A DNA stretch of 64,000 nucleotides from Lachnospiraceae bacterium (GTDB taxonomy: Bacteria > Bacillota > Clostridia > Lachnospirales > Lachnospiraceae): assembly GCA_022792885.1 (NCBI GenBank), contig JAAWBX010000011.1, positions 1-64,000 on the forward strand, given 5' to 3'. The position numbers were made by a program, and so were the translations under genes. Shown here piece after piece: positions 9,923 to 21,767 of this stretch (position 1 is its first letter; every line of letters begins with the position of its first letter). Under the pieces are notes generated by a model. It was given only the letters and a program-made list of their open reading frames with translations, ran no database searches and had not been told where the DNA came from.

Positions 9923-10050
9923 AAAGACACCCGTCTTCCCCTTTCTGTTTCTTGCCCGGCCGTTCTCAACCGGCTCCTCTGTTTTTCAATTATATCACAT
10001 TGCCTCCCGCGGCGCTACGGTCCAATCATGGCAGGTTCAAAAGACATTTA

Positions 10051-10857
10051 TCACTTATGTCGGCCTTTTTCCATTATCTTCACCAATATATCTCGCACGC
10101 CAACTTCATATTTGTTAAAGTCGTCAATGTTTGTATCCTTCAGCCACAACTGACCTTCACCAACATTTCCCCTATGTTGCCCGGAAGAATAATAGCGATT
10201 GTTCTTCACCTCGTCACTGGAAAGTACCCAATAACGTATTACATCACGCCAGACGGCGATCCAAACAAAAACATCGCAGCACGCAGGCTTTATCTGCTGA
10301 AAGTTCATATCAAAACCATATTCCGAATCACTTGATAATGCTTTATCAATTTTTCCATCTACCGCTCTCCTTACATAGGTTATTTGATCATCGGTCAGAC
10401 CATAAATAGAAAATACATCGTTTTCTATGACTTCTTGCTTTGAATTATCGCCATTCAAAACCTCGTCAACCAACATCGTTAATCGGCTGTTTTCTACTTC
10501 GGATATTTCCAGAAACGGCAATTCAATCAGGTTACCTTTTAATACCTTCACTTCTCCAAACAGTTTCATATACATAAACTGAAACAATGACGAATTCAAA
10601 AACGCCATTACCGCTTTGATACTCATGGAGGGAATTGCCGGAATTAAAATATTTGCACTATTCAAAAAGAGACTCGAACTATCGTCATAGGCAAAGACAA
10701 GTTTGTTTGATATAAACTTATATGCCAATTTTTCGGGCGCACGGTAGATTTCTTCTTTTGCCACTTGCTGTAAATTACTTCTGTCATACAGAATATAATT
10801 TCTTGCCTGCTTTAAAACATATGGTTGAATTTCTTTTCCGGTATATATCTTCTCCAT
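10051..10857 (-). CDS. probable target-recognition (TRD) portion of the N6A DNA methyltransferase, in a different frame from the catalytic part
   Basis: Overlaps upstream MTase ORF by 46 nt in another frame; reading frame open up to the A7 tract at 10883-10889; low-GC island. Confidence 0.45.
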   Translation of the reverse strand: MEKIYTGKEIQPYVLKQARNYILYDRSNLQQVAKEEIYRAPEKLAYKFISNKLVFAYDDSSSLFLNSANILIPAIPSMSIKAVMAFLNSSLFQFMYMKLFGEVKVLKGNLIELPFLEISEVENSRLTMLVDEVLNGDNSKQEVIENDVFSIYGLTDDQITYVRRAVDGKIDKALSSDSEYGFDMNFQQIKPACCDVFVWIAVWRDVIRYWVLSSDEVKNNRYYSSGQHRGNVGEGQLWLKDTNIDDFNKYEVGVRDILVKIMEKGRHK

Positions 10858-11798
10858 CCCTGCAAAGCATTTTGAAGACAGCTTTTTTTATTGTCTCCTG
10901 TAACGATACCTAATGCCCAAACACTATTTTGAAGCGAATAAGAACCTCGATCTTTGACAGCGCGAATGATAGACATATCATCGTCGGACAGCAGATTAAA
11001 TATAAGATTTTCCGTTTCATATACAGTCCTTATATCAACCGTTCTTTTTTTGCCACTCGTATACACGATGAATTTTTCCCTGTCAGCACCCAAACCACAT
11101 GCCATATCAACATACTTTGTCGTTACACCTGAAAACATATCATCATATATCGTAATACTGACAAGTCCAACGATATCAAGAATGAATTTTCGTATATCTT
11201 TATGTATTTTTACGTTTAATATCGCCTCCGGAAAAAGAAACTTAATCATCCCGTCATCCTTTAATTGTTCATATGCCTTAACAAAAAAATACGAAAACGT
11301 TTCCTTTGACAATATCACATCGATGGAGCTACATGTGTCATCCATCGCTCCCCATGGGGGATTCGTGGCAATATAATCAAACTTCCTTTTAAAAACAGGG
11401 TGCTGTTGTATAATTGAATATCCCATTAAAAAATCAAAACAATATACTTGCGGTTTAAAATCAAAATCCTTATATTTGAGTAACAGATTGATTTTTGAAA
11501 TCAATACCGCAACCTTATCATTATCGACGCCAAAAATTTGATTGGGATTGTTTGCTGCAACGCTCAACAGAAAAGCTCCACTTCCGCAACACGGATCAAA
11601 AAATAACTTTCCATCCGAAAAATCAAAATCTTTTATCATATTGCAGACTATTTTTTGCGGCGTGTAGTATGAGCCAATTATATTTTTCTTCCCCTCTTGT
11701 AAAAACGACTGATAAATCAATCCTAAAATATCAAATTCATCACCGGGTAAAACGGCTGTTACCAAAGTATCCAAAATATCAATTATCCGCATATTCAC
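10812..11798 (-). CDS. gamma-class N6-adenine DNA methyltransferase catalytic domain (TaqI/Eco57I-like), apparently frameshifted from its C-terminal domain
   Basis: Motif X YYTPQKIV, motif I FDPCCGSGAFL, motif IV TNPPWG in X-I-IV order. Confidence 0.75.
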   Translation of the reverse strand: MNMRIIDILDTLVTAVLPGDEFDILGLIYQSFLQEGKKNIIGSYYTPQKIVCNMIKDFDFSDGKLFFDPCCGSGAFLLSVAANNPNQIFGVDNDKVAVLISKINLLLKYKDFDFKPQVYCFDFLMGYSIIQQHPVFKRKFDYIATNPPWGAMDDTCSSIDVILSKETFSYFFVKAYEQLKDDGMIKFLFPEAILNVKIHKDIRKFILDIVGLVSITIYDDMFSGVTTKYVDMACGLGADREKFIVYTSGKKRTVDIRTVYETENLIFNLLSDDDMSIIRAVKDRGSYSLQNSVWALGIVTGDNKKSCLQNALQGWRRYIPEKKFNHMF

Positions 11799-12255
11799 TC
11801 AAAACGGCGGCAACATGTCTTTTTTCGTATATGCCTGCTTTTTTCAAAAGACCAATTCCCAAGGAAAAAATAGCAGACATAATATCAAGACTGTTTTTGT
11901 CAATATAATCCAGTATGGTCTGTACGAATGTAATACTTTCCTTATTTTCAATATACTCCAAGGGAAGAACTCGTTTGACTGACTTTCTTTTATTGGCGCG
12001 TGTCATTAAACGTTCGGTTGATTTTATGTTGAGTTTTTCCCAATTTCTCGCAGTAGCATCTGAAATACCATTTTGCATCACATCCGAACTAACGGGGACT
12101 TGCTCTTCCACAACCTCTACGATATCGTCAAGCCCACAATCAAAAGCGACTGCAATTTTCGCTAATGTTTCCATGGCAACGGGTTCGTTCTTTCCCAATT
12201 TGGCAAGTACGTTCGTACTGATCCCCGCCGCTCTGAGCATCTCTGTTTTTGTCAT
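11779..12255 (-). CDS. XRE-family HTH protein (controller-like) upstream of the methyltransferase
   Basis: N-terminal Cro/C1-type HTH (MLRAAGISTNVLAKLGKNEPVAMETLAKIAVAFDCGLDDI); 20-nt overlap with MTase start. Confidence 0.55.
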   Translation of the reverse strand: MTKTEMLRAAGISTNVLAKLGKNEPVAMETLAKIAVAFDCGLDDIVEVVEEQVPVSSDVMQNGISDATARNWEKLNIKSTERLMTRANKRKSVKRVLPLEYIENKESITFVQTILDYIDKNSLDIMSAIFSLGIGLLKKAGIYEKRHVAAVLSEYADN

Positions 12256-12442
12256 GTGCCCTATCTATCAATAGTTTCCATAAGCGGTTATAACTGTATA
12301 TCATGCGCATTCCCTCCGCCGAAATATAATGATAAAATGAAATATGTTGTAGCATATCTCACTGCCGCCTGACAAGAGCACGTTTCAATAATATATCCTG
12401 TATCTATGATATTAGCATCGTTCAATCCCTCTTCTTTTCCGC

Positions 12443-12474
12443 AAAAAAGGGCTTCCCGGTTCTCCGGGAAGCCC
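12443..12474 (-). terminator. intrinsic terminator downstream of tuf
   Basis: GGGCTTCCCGG-TTCT-CCGGGAAGCCC hairpin followed by T-run on minus strand. Confidence 0.8.
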
Positions 12475-12495
12475 TTAAAGTCCTAATTATCTCAA

Positions 12496-13689
12496 TTACT
12501 CAATGATCGCGGTAACGGTGCCGGCGCCTACGGTACGACCACCCTCACGGATAGCGAAACGAAGACCCTGCTCCATAGCAACCGGATGAATCAGCTCTAC
12601 CGTCATCTCTACGTTATCGCCAGGCATGCACATCTCAACGCCTTCCGGCAGATCGCAAACACCCGTCACGTCGGTCGTTCTGAAATAGAACTGCGGACGA
12701 TAGTTGTTGAAGAACGGAGTATGACGGCCGCCTTCATCTTTGCTCAGCACGTATACCTGGGCATTGAACTTCGTGTGAGGCTTTACACTGCCGGGTTTCG
12801 CAAGAACCTGACCTCTCTCGATCTCGGTTCTCTGAACGCCACGAAGCAGAGCGCCGATATTGTCACCGGCCTGGCCCTCATCCAGCAGTTTGTGGAACAT
12901 CTCGACACCCGTGCAGACAACCTTACGGGTCTCTTCCTTCAGACCTACGATCTCCACTTCATCCGATACGTGAATCACACCACGCTCTACTCTACCGGTA
13001 GCTACCGTACCACGACCGGTAATGGAGAATACGTCCTCAACCGGCATCAGGAACGGCTTATCTACATCACGCTCCGGATTCGGAATATACTTGTCAATGA
13101 TCTCAAACAGCTCGACGATCTTGTCGCCCCACTCGCAGTTCGGATCTTCCAGGGCCTTCAGAGCGGAACCGCGAACGATCGGAGTATCGTCGCCCGGGAA
13201 CTCATACTCGTTCAGCAGGTCACGGATCTCCATATCTACCAGCTCAAGCAGCTCGTCGTCGTCTACCATATCGCACTTGTTCATAAACACAACGATATAG
13301 GGAACGCCTACCTGACGGGCCAGCAGGATGTGCTCACGGGTCTGAGCCATAACGCTGTCGGTAGCCGCAACAACCAGGATCGCGCCGTCCATCTGAGCCG
13401 CACCGGTAATCATGTTCTTTACATAGTCGGCATGGCCGGGGCAGTCTACGTGCGCATAATGGCGGTTCGGCGTCTCATACTCAACGTGCGCCGTGGAAAT
13501 CGTGATACCACGCTCTCTCTCTTCGGGAGCCTTATCGATCTGATCAAAATCCACCTTCTCGCCCAGACCATATCTTACGTTCAGGGTCTTGGTGATAGCG
13601 GCGGTCAAAGTCGTCTTGCCGTGGTCAACGTGACCGATTGTACCAATATTACAATGCGGTTTGTTTCTTTCAAATTTAGCTTTAGCCAT
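12496..13689 (-). CDS. tuf: elongation factor Tu
   Basis: [33 protein letters not shown]...; full-length EF-Tu. Confidence 0.98.
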   Translation of the reverse strand: MAKAKFERNKPHCNIGTIGHVDHGKTTLTAAITKTLNVRYGLGEKVDFDQIDKAPEERERGITISTAHVEYETPNRHYAHVDCPGHADYVKNMITGAAQMDGAILVVAATDSVMAQTREHILLARQVGVPYIVVFMNKCDMVDDDELLELVDMEIRDLLNEYEFPGDDTPIVRGSALKALEDPNCEWGDKIVELFEIIDKYIPNPERDVDKPFLMPVEDVFSITGRGTVATGRVERGVIHVSDEVEIVGLKEETRKVVCTGVEMFHKLLDEGQAGDNIGALLRGVQRTEIERGQVLAKPGSVKPHTKFNAQVYVLSKDEGGRHTPFFNNYRPQFYFRTTDVTGVCDLPEGVEMCMPGDNVEMTVELIHPVAMEQGLRFAIREGGRTVGAGTVTAIIE

Positions 13690-13806
13690 TTCTTAAAGTC
13701 CTCCTTCATAGGGTGCCCTTCCATCGGGCAAATTCTGGTTTCTCGTTTTTGCGTCCGTTACGCAGGCTGAATATATTATATTTCATAAGGCCTGTTTTTT
13801 CAAGAC

Positions 13807-15924
<2,118 letters not shown>

Positions 15925-15957
15925 TGGATTTGCCTCCTTAAAACATCTGGACAGATC

Positions 15958-16428
15958 TTAGAATCTGTAGTGTGCAAACGCCTTGTTTGCCTCCGCCATT
16001 TTGTGCATATCTTCTTTTCTTTTCACGGCCGCGCCGGTATTGTTCGCCGCGTCCATGATCTCGTTCGCCAGTCTCTCCTGCTGGGTCTTCTCGCCTCTCT
16101 TGCGGGAAAACATGGTAAGCCAGCGTAAAGCCAGCGCCTGCCGTCTCTCCGGTTTCACTTCAATGGGAACCTGATAGGTAGCGCCGCCGATTCTCTTGGC
16201 TTTTACCTCCAGCTGAGGCATGATGTTGTTCATAGCCTCCTCGAATACTTCCACGGCTGACTTGCCGGTCTTCTCTTCCACGCGGGCAAATGCGCCGTAT
16301 ACGATCTTCTGAGCAACACCCTTCTTACCGTCCAGCATGATATTATTCACCAATTTGGTAACAACCTTGTTGTTGTACAAAGGATCTGCTAATACATCTC
16401 TTTTTTGGGTATGTCCTTTACGAGGCAC
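15958..16428 (-). CDS. rpsG: 30S ribosomal protein S7 (GTG start)
   Basis: [20 protein letters not shown]... with GGAGGG RBS upstream of GTG at 16428; longer listed ORF is upstream read-through. Confidence 0.93.
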   Translation of the reverse strand: MPRKGHTQKRDVLADPLYNNKVVTKLVNNIMLDGKKGVAQKIVYGAFARVEEKTGKSAVEVFEEAMNNIMPQLEVKAKRIGGATYQVPIEVKPERRQALALRWLTMFSRKRGEKTQQERLANEIMDAANNTGAAVKRKEDMHKMAEANKAFAHYRF

Positions 16429-16579
16429 GTTACTTCCCTCCTTAATAATGATTAATTCACAGGTACTCACATGTGTGCTGTGTCCGTGCTCGGTGTTACA
16501 TCTATCAAACCCCGCAACCACCCGGGTCTTTCACGAATGCCTCATCCTCACACTCCGACAAACAAACTGTAACTGTTCT

Positions 16580-16993
16580 TTATTTCTTGGGTCTCTTGGC
16601 GCCGTATTTGGAACGGGCCTGTCTCCGATTCGCAACGCCGGCCGTATCCAGCGTACCACGAACGATGTGGTAACGGGTACCGGGCAGGTCCTTAACACGG
16701 CCGCCGCGGATCAATACGACACTGTGCTCCTGAAGGTTATGGCCTTCGCCGGGAATATAACTCGTAACTTCGATACCGTTGGAAAGACGTACTCTGGCGA
16801 TCTTTCTCAAAGCGGAATTCGGCTTCTTCGGGGTCGCGGTCTTCACGGCCGTACAAACGCCTCTCTTCTGCGGAGACGCCACATCCGTCGCTCTCTTCTG
16901 CAGAGAATTGTATCCCTTCAACAGAGCCGGAGCTTTCGCCTTCTTCTCGGATGTCTCTCTTCCCTTTCTTACTAACTGGTTGAATGTAGGCAT
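16580..16993 (-). CDS. rpsL: 30S ribosomal protein S12
   Basis: [13 protein letters not shown]... preceded by AGGAGGTGAAAGG RBS; upstream part of listed ORF contains the terminator hairpin of the preceding gene. Confidence 0.93.
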   Translation of the reverse strand: MPTFNQLVRKGRETSEKKAKAPALLKGYNSLQKRATDVASPQKRGVCTAVKTATPKKPNSALRKIARVRLSNGIEVTSYIPGEGHNLQEHSVVLIRGGRVKDLPGTRYHIVRGTLDTAGVANRRQARSKYGAKRPKK

Positions 16994-17047
16994 TCCTTTC
17001 ACCTCCTGTGGTTTCGTAAAATTCCGGTTGCTTGTTCGCGCACAAAA

Positions 17048-17075
17048 AATAGGCGTTTTCGCACGCCTATTCATT
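17048..17075 (-). terminator. intrinsic terminator after DUF1653 gene / before rpsL
   Basis: AATAGGCG-loop-CGCCTATT hairpin followed by TTTTTTG on minus strand. Confidence 0.5.
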
Positions 17076-17149
17076 ATATCCAGCCTTCCCCAAATTTGTC
17101 AAGGGCTTTTCTTCGTTTTTTTGCGGCATCAACCCTCCGAAGTTCTCCT

Positions 17150-17785
17150 TCACCGGAGCCGCCGCCCGTCGAACTTCGACATGGTCCGCAAACACCCCAT
17201 CAGTTCCTGAAGCCGTTCCTCTTTCCCGCCTTCCTTGATCGGAAGGTCCATCACCACACCAATATCATCGATCAGCCTGTTCGTCACTTTATCCCGATTG
17301 CCGCGCAGGATATCGATCTTCTCGTCAAAACTGTCCGCGCCCAGAAACAGATTCAAAAGCTCCGGATCCGTCTTCCTTTCATCTGCTTCTTCTATTATAA
17401 TAGTTCTCCCCTTCCGGTCAAAACCACTCCGCCATCCGTCCCCTGACGTCTCTCTCACCTGCAGACGTTCTCTGCCTCGGGCCGTCTCCTTCTTCTCCCG
17501 GGTCACAGCTTCCTCCGACGGCGCCCTCCCTGCCGCCGTCCGCTCCCCGATCTTTTCAAAACGGTATGTTTGCGTCGCTTCCGGATACTTCTCACGGTCC
17601 ACTTCGCTCATAAACATGGCAAGAGGCCTCGCGTAATCTCCGAAATCCCCGTACAAAGCCCGATAGATTACAAGCGGTTCTTCGGTCTCGGAATGCAGCG
17701 CCACCGTGACGATCTCATAATCTTTATTTTTAAAATGCCGGTAAAACTCGCCCGGCTTCGGAATCTCCCTCTCCATCGCGAACAC
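17150..17785 (-). CDS. DUF1653-like hypothetical protein
   Basis: N-terminal YRHFKNKDYEIVTVALHSETEEPLVIYRALYGDFGDYARPLAMF resembles DUF1653. Confidence 0.5.
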   Translation of the reverse strand: MFAMEREIPKPGEFYRHFKNKDYEIVTVALHSETEEPLVIYRALYGDFGDYARPLAMFMSEVDREKYPEATQTYRFEKIGERTAAGRAPSEEAVTREKKETARGRERLQVRETSGDGWRSGFDRKGRTIIIEEADERKTDPELLNLFLGADSFDEKIDILRGNRDKVTNRLIDDIGVVMDLPIKEGGKEERLQELMGCLRTMSKFDGRRLR

Positions 17786-17904
17786 TCCTTTCTGACAGGT
17801 CTTATGTTATTTTAACCGATCTGTCGAAAAATGTCCATTGATTCCCGTTTCTTTTTTCTATATAATTGGCGACAGAATATGTTCCGCCGCAAAGGAGTTT
17901 TTAC

Positions 17905-18639
17905 ATGAAATCGACCCGCCTCGATAAATATCTCGCGGACGCCGGCCTGGGCACCCGCAGCGAAGTAAAGAATCTGTTAAAAAAACGGTTTGTTCTGGTA
18001 AACGGTTCCCCCTGCGTCCGTCCCGAACAAAAAATTACATCCGACGACGAAATTACCTGTCAGGGACGCCTCGTACGCAAAAAAACGTTCTCCTATTATA
18101 TGCTCAACAAACCCGCCGGGGTGATCTCCGCCACGGAAGACAGCCGCGACCGCACGGTCCTGGATCTGCTACAGGAACAGGGCATTCCGACAAACGGCCT
18201 GTTCCCCGTGGGACGCCTGGATAAAGACACCGAAGGACTCCTCCTGATCACCGACGACGGCGCCCTCGCCCACCATCTGCTCTCACCCCGCCGCCATGTG
18301 AACAAAACCTACTTTGCCCGGATCGACGGGGAGGCGACCGTTTGCGATATCGAAGCTTTTTCGGCGGGCCTCGACATCGGAGACAGGAAGAAGACCCTGC
18401 CCGCCCGTCTGGAAATCCTCTCCCCGGGCCCGGTTTCCGAAGTTCACCTTACCGTTCAGGAAGGGCGCTTCCATCAGGTAAAGCGCATGTTCCTTGCTCA
18501 GAGAAAAAAAGTCCTCTACCTGAAGCGGATATCCATGGGAAAACTTTCGCTTGACCCGGATCTCCTCCCCGGCCGGGCAAGGCCCCTGACTGAAGAGGAA
18601 GTCTCTCTACTCCGGCCCGAGATTGTTTCCCCGGTTTAA
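17905..18639 (+). CDS. pseudouridine synthase, RsuA/RluB family (S4 domain + catalytic domain)
   Basis: RLDKYLADAGLGTRSEVKNLLKK S4-like N-term; catalytic GRLDKDTEGLLLITDDG; AAAGGAG RBS 7 nt before ATG 17905. Confidence 0.85.
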   Translation: MKSTRLDKYLADAGLGTRSEVKNLLKKRFVLVNGSPCVRPEQKITSDDEITCQGRLVRKKTFSYYMLNKPAGVISATEDSRDRTVLDLLQEQGIPTNGLFPVGRLDKDTEGLLLITDDGALAHHLLSPRRHVNKTYFARIDGEATVCDIEAFSAGLDIGDRKKTLPARLEILSPGPVSEVHLTVQEGRFHQVKRMFLAQRKKVLYLKRISMGKLSLDPDLLPGRARPLTEEEVSLLRPEIVSPV

Positions 18640-18669
18640 CGCGCTTTGTTTCCCGCTCGTTTTCGGCGT

Positions 18670-19887
18670 CTACCCCTGCCGATAATCCGCCAGGAACGCC
18701 CGCAGGCCTTCGGCCGCCCGCTCAAGCTGAGACATCTCCGGCAGATACACGATCCGGAAATGATCCGGCTCCGCCCAGTTAAAGCCCCGGCCCTGAACAA
18801 TCAGGATCCTCTGCTGTTTTAACAGATCCAGCGCGAACTGCTCGTCATCCGTAATGCAAAAGCGTTTTGTATCCAGTTTCGGGAAAAGGTAAAAAGCTGC
18901 CGAAGGCTTCACCGCCGACATACCGGGAATGTCGTTGACCGCCTGCCAGATAAAGTTTCGCTGCTCATAGATCCTTCCGCCCGGCAGATACAAAGGATCC
19001 GGCTCCTCCGCATGCTCCAGCGCCTTCGGGATCAGGCTCTGGGCCGGCACATTGGAGCAAAGCCGCAGAGACGCCAGCATATTCAATCCTTCTATATAAT
19101 CCTTTACCGATTCCTTCGGCCCGGAAAGAGCCATCCAGCCGCAGCGATAACCGGCCAGCCGGTGAGACTTGGAAAGCCCGTTCAGCGTAACCGTAAACAC
19201 GTCCGGCGCCAGCGAAGCGACCGATGTATGAATCTTCCCGTCCATTAAAAGCCGGTCGTAGATCTCATCGCAGAACAGAAGCAGCTCGTTCTCCCTTGCC
19301 ACCTGTACAATCTCTTCCAATACATCCTTCGGGTAAAGCGCCCCGGTCGGGTTATTGGGGTTAATCAAAACGATCGCTTTCGTCCTGTCCGTCACTTTCC
19401 GGCGCAGATCCCTCAGATCCGGGAACCAGTCTGCCTGTTCATCACAGATATAATGTACCGGATTTCCGCCTCCCAAGTACACGGCCGCCGTCCAGAGCGG
19501 ATAATCCGGAGCCGGAACCAGCACTTCATCCCCCTCACTTAAAAGGGCCTGCATCGCCAGCAAAATCATCTCGCTGACACCGTTTCCCAGATAAACATCC
19601 TTCGCCGTCATACCTGAAATCCCTTTTTTACGGCAGTAAGCCGCAACCGCTTCCCGGGAGGCAAGCAGTCCGTTCGACTCCGAATACCCTTCCGTCACCT
19701 TCAGATTCGCCCGCATCGTCTCAAGCATTTCCTCCGGCGCATACACCTCAAAAGGCGCCGGATTTCCGATGTTTAATTTCAGAATATCCATTCCCGCCTC
19801 CGACATTCGGCTGGCCTCCTGAACGACCGCACCCCGAATATCGTAATAAACATCCTTCAATCGACTGCTCTTCAAAAACTCTCTCAT
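18670..19887 (-). CDS. class I/II pyridoxal-phosphate aminotransferase (AlaA/AspC-like)
   Basis: Aminotransferase I/II fold motifs (NIGNPAPF..., LSKSHRLAGYRCGW). Confidence 0.8.
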   Translation of the reverse strand: MREFLKSSRLKDVYYDIRGAVVQEASRMSEAGMDILKLNIGNPAPFEVYAPEEMLETMRANLKVTEGYSESNGLLASREAVAAYCRKKGISGMTAKDVYLGNGVSEMILLAMQALLSEGDEVLVPAPDYPLWTAAVYLGGGNPVHYICDEQADWFPDLRDLRRKVTDRTKAIVLINPNNPTGALYPKDVLEEIVQVARENELLLFCDEIYDRLLMDGKIHTSVASLAPDVFTVTLNGLSKSHRLAGYRCGWMALSGPKESVKDYIEGLNMLASLRLCSNVPAQSLIPKALEHAEEPDPLYLPGGRIYEQRNFIWQAVNDIPGMSAVKPSAAFYLFPKLDTKRFCITDDEQFALDLLKQQRILIVQGRGFNWAEPDHFRIVYLPEMSQLERAAEGLRAFLADYRQG

Positions 19888-20235
19888 ACCCTCTTACCTC
19901 CTTTAAAAAAACGCCCCAAATGAATGATCTTCCATTCATTTAGGGCGAATCCTGCGATCCGTGTTACCACCTAACTTCAGAATAACTCTGCGCTCACTCC
20001 GGCATCATCCGCCGGCTCTCCTGTAACGGGGAAAGCCCGTCGAAGCCTAATAAGGGAACTCCCCGTTCGGTTCGAAGCTCGGGGACCGCTTCCCTGCAAA
20101 ACCGCTCGGAAACCTCCTTTATCAGAAATCTTCCGCCGGTTCCCGATCCGTTCCGCAAAAGCTCGCACCAACCGCTTTCTCTCTGCCGCTTCCCGGACAG
20201 GTACTCCTTCCCGTCACTGCTTTTTTGTTTTTCTC
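19888..20235 (-). ncRNA. candidate T-box-type leader with terminator/antiterminator preceding the aminotransferase gene
   Basis: On minus strand: TTGACA-17-TATACT promoter (~20262-20233), ~330-nt leader containing AGAGA and AGTA motifs, T-box-like sequence GUUAGGUGGUAACACGG immediately 5' of terminator hairpin GCCCUAAAUGAAUG...CAUUCAUUUGGGGCG + U7, then AAAGGAGG RBS and ATG. Confidence 0.45.
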
Positions 20236-20313
20236 AGTATATCAGCAAAATTTTTTCGTGTCAATCCCATTTTCGGAAAAACCGAGCGGCTCTCTGCCAA
20301 AAAGGCACACGTC

Positions 20314-21687
20314 TCAGATCAATCCCAGAAACTTCCACCAGGGAATCTCCACGCACAGAATCGTCACCAGAGTGATCCCGGTCATACCGAGTCCCATTCG
20401 AACGCACTCTTTCTGTGTATAACCTCCGTTCTCTTCCCCCACGCCTACCAGCACATTCAGGTGATGAAACGGCAGAATATAATGGCAGGCGCAGGCCGTA
20501 TACACGATCAGAGATATCGCCAGCGGCGAAACCCCGCTGCCCTCCGTAAAACTCAAAAAGGCCGGTATCGCAATCCCCATCACCGTCACGACGGAGCCCA
20601 GACACATATGTAAAACCATCGAAATCCCGGCTACCACAAGCGCCAGCACAAACGCGTTTGAAGGAACCGCCGAGGGCAAAAGCGCCCCCGCCGCCCAGGC
20701 ATTCATGCCCGTGGCTTCCCCCACGCCCCCGATCGCGGTAGCCGCCGTAAAAAACGCCAGAAGATTCACCGGTACCTGACTCCAGTCTTCCGCCGTCAAT
20801 ACGCCGCCAAAAGGCATCCCCATAAGCATGGCGATCCCCAACGTCACCCAACCGACGCCAACGCCATGAAACGATTCCGTCAGCCAGCAAACAATCGCCG
20901 CGGCAAGCCAGACCGCCGTCCGTTTTTCACCCGTGCTCAACGCGCCCAGCGCTTTCTGACGTTTTCGCATCTCTTCCACCCGCACGATCAGATTACCGGC
21001 CGGAGGAAACAAAAATAAAAATACAATGCAGGTAAGAACGGACGCCGCAAACGCCGGAAAACCCATATACAAAAACCAGGAAAAAAAGCCGCAGCTTACG
21101 CCGGAGGAAGACACCGCCAGCGGATTGATCGTGCTGTCGCCGGTCAGAAAGATCATGGATACCGGCACGGAGGCCGCAAACACGCAAAAACCGGCTTTCA
21201 CCGCATCCTCCTTTTTCAGGTCCGCACAGGCAATCACCGCCGAGACAACCGACAAAATCAACATGGCCCGAGGCCATGGATTCGGAATCAAAAGACTCAT
21301 CACGGCCGTAAGCGCAAAAATCGACACGATCAGCCCCCGATAAGAACGGACAAAACGAATCATAAAGGCATAAGCAATCCGCTCGCCCAACCCGGATTTC
21401 TTCACGGCCCCGGCAATCAAATAAGCGCCGACAATCAAATACATGGTCGGCCCCGTCCAGGAACGGAAAACCACCGACGGCTCCGCTACGCCAAAAATCA
21501 GAAGCAGCGCGACATACGCCCCTCCCACGTAACCGGAGGGAGCCGTCTGAAACGCCCACCAGATCACGGCCGTCGCCGTAAAAGCCAGACATTTTTTCCC
21601 GTTTTCTTCCAGGCCGGCCAGCGGAAGCAACCATATAAAAATACCGGCCGCCACGCCGAACAAAAAACCGGCTTTTTTCTTATCCAT
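20314..21687 (-). CDS. polytopic membrane transporter (DASS/ArsB-CitT-like anion permease superfamily)
   Basis: 457 aa, ~12 hydrophobic helices. Confidence 0.5.
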   Translation of the reverse strand: MDKKKAGFLFGVAAGIFIWLLPLAGLEENGKKCLAFTATAVIWWAFQTAPSGYVGGAYVALLLIFGVAEPSVVFRSWTGPTMYLIVGAYLIAGAVKKSGLGERIAYAFMIRFVRSYRGLIVSIFALTAVMSLLIPNPWPRAMLILSVVSAVIACADLKKEDAVKAGFCVFAASVPVSMIFLTGDSTINPLAVSSSGVSCGFFSWFLYMGFPAFAASVLTCIVFLFLFPPAGNLIVRVEEMRKRQKALGALSTGEKRTAVWLAAAIVCWLTESFHGVGVGWVTLGIAMLMGMPFGGVLTAEDWSQVPVNLLAFFTAATAIGGVGEATGMNAWAAGALLPSAVPSNAFVLALVVAGISMVLHMCLGSVVTVMGIAIPAFLSFTEGSGVSPLAISLIVYTACACHYILPFHHLNVLVGVGEENGGYTQKECVRMGLGMTGITLVTILCVEIPWWKFLGLI

Positions 21688-21767
21688 AACCTATCCCCCT
21701 GTCTATCTGCACAAACGAATAAAAACGGGCGGCTGCCGAAATCCTCCGGAAAATACCGCCCGTTCTC

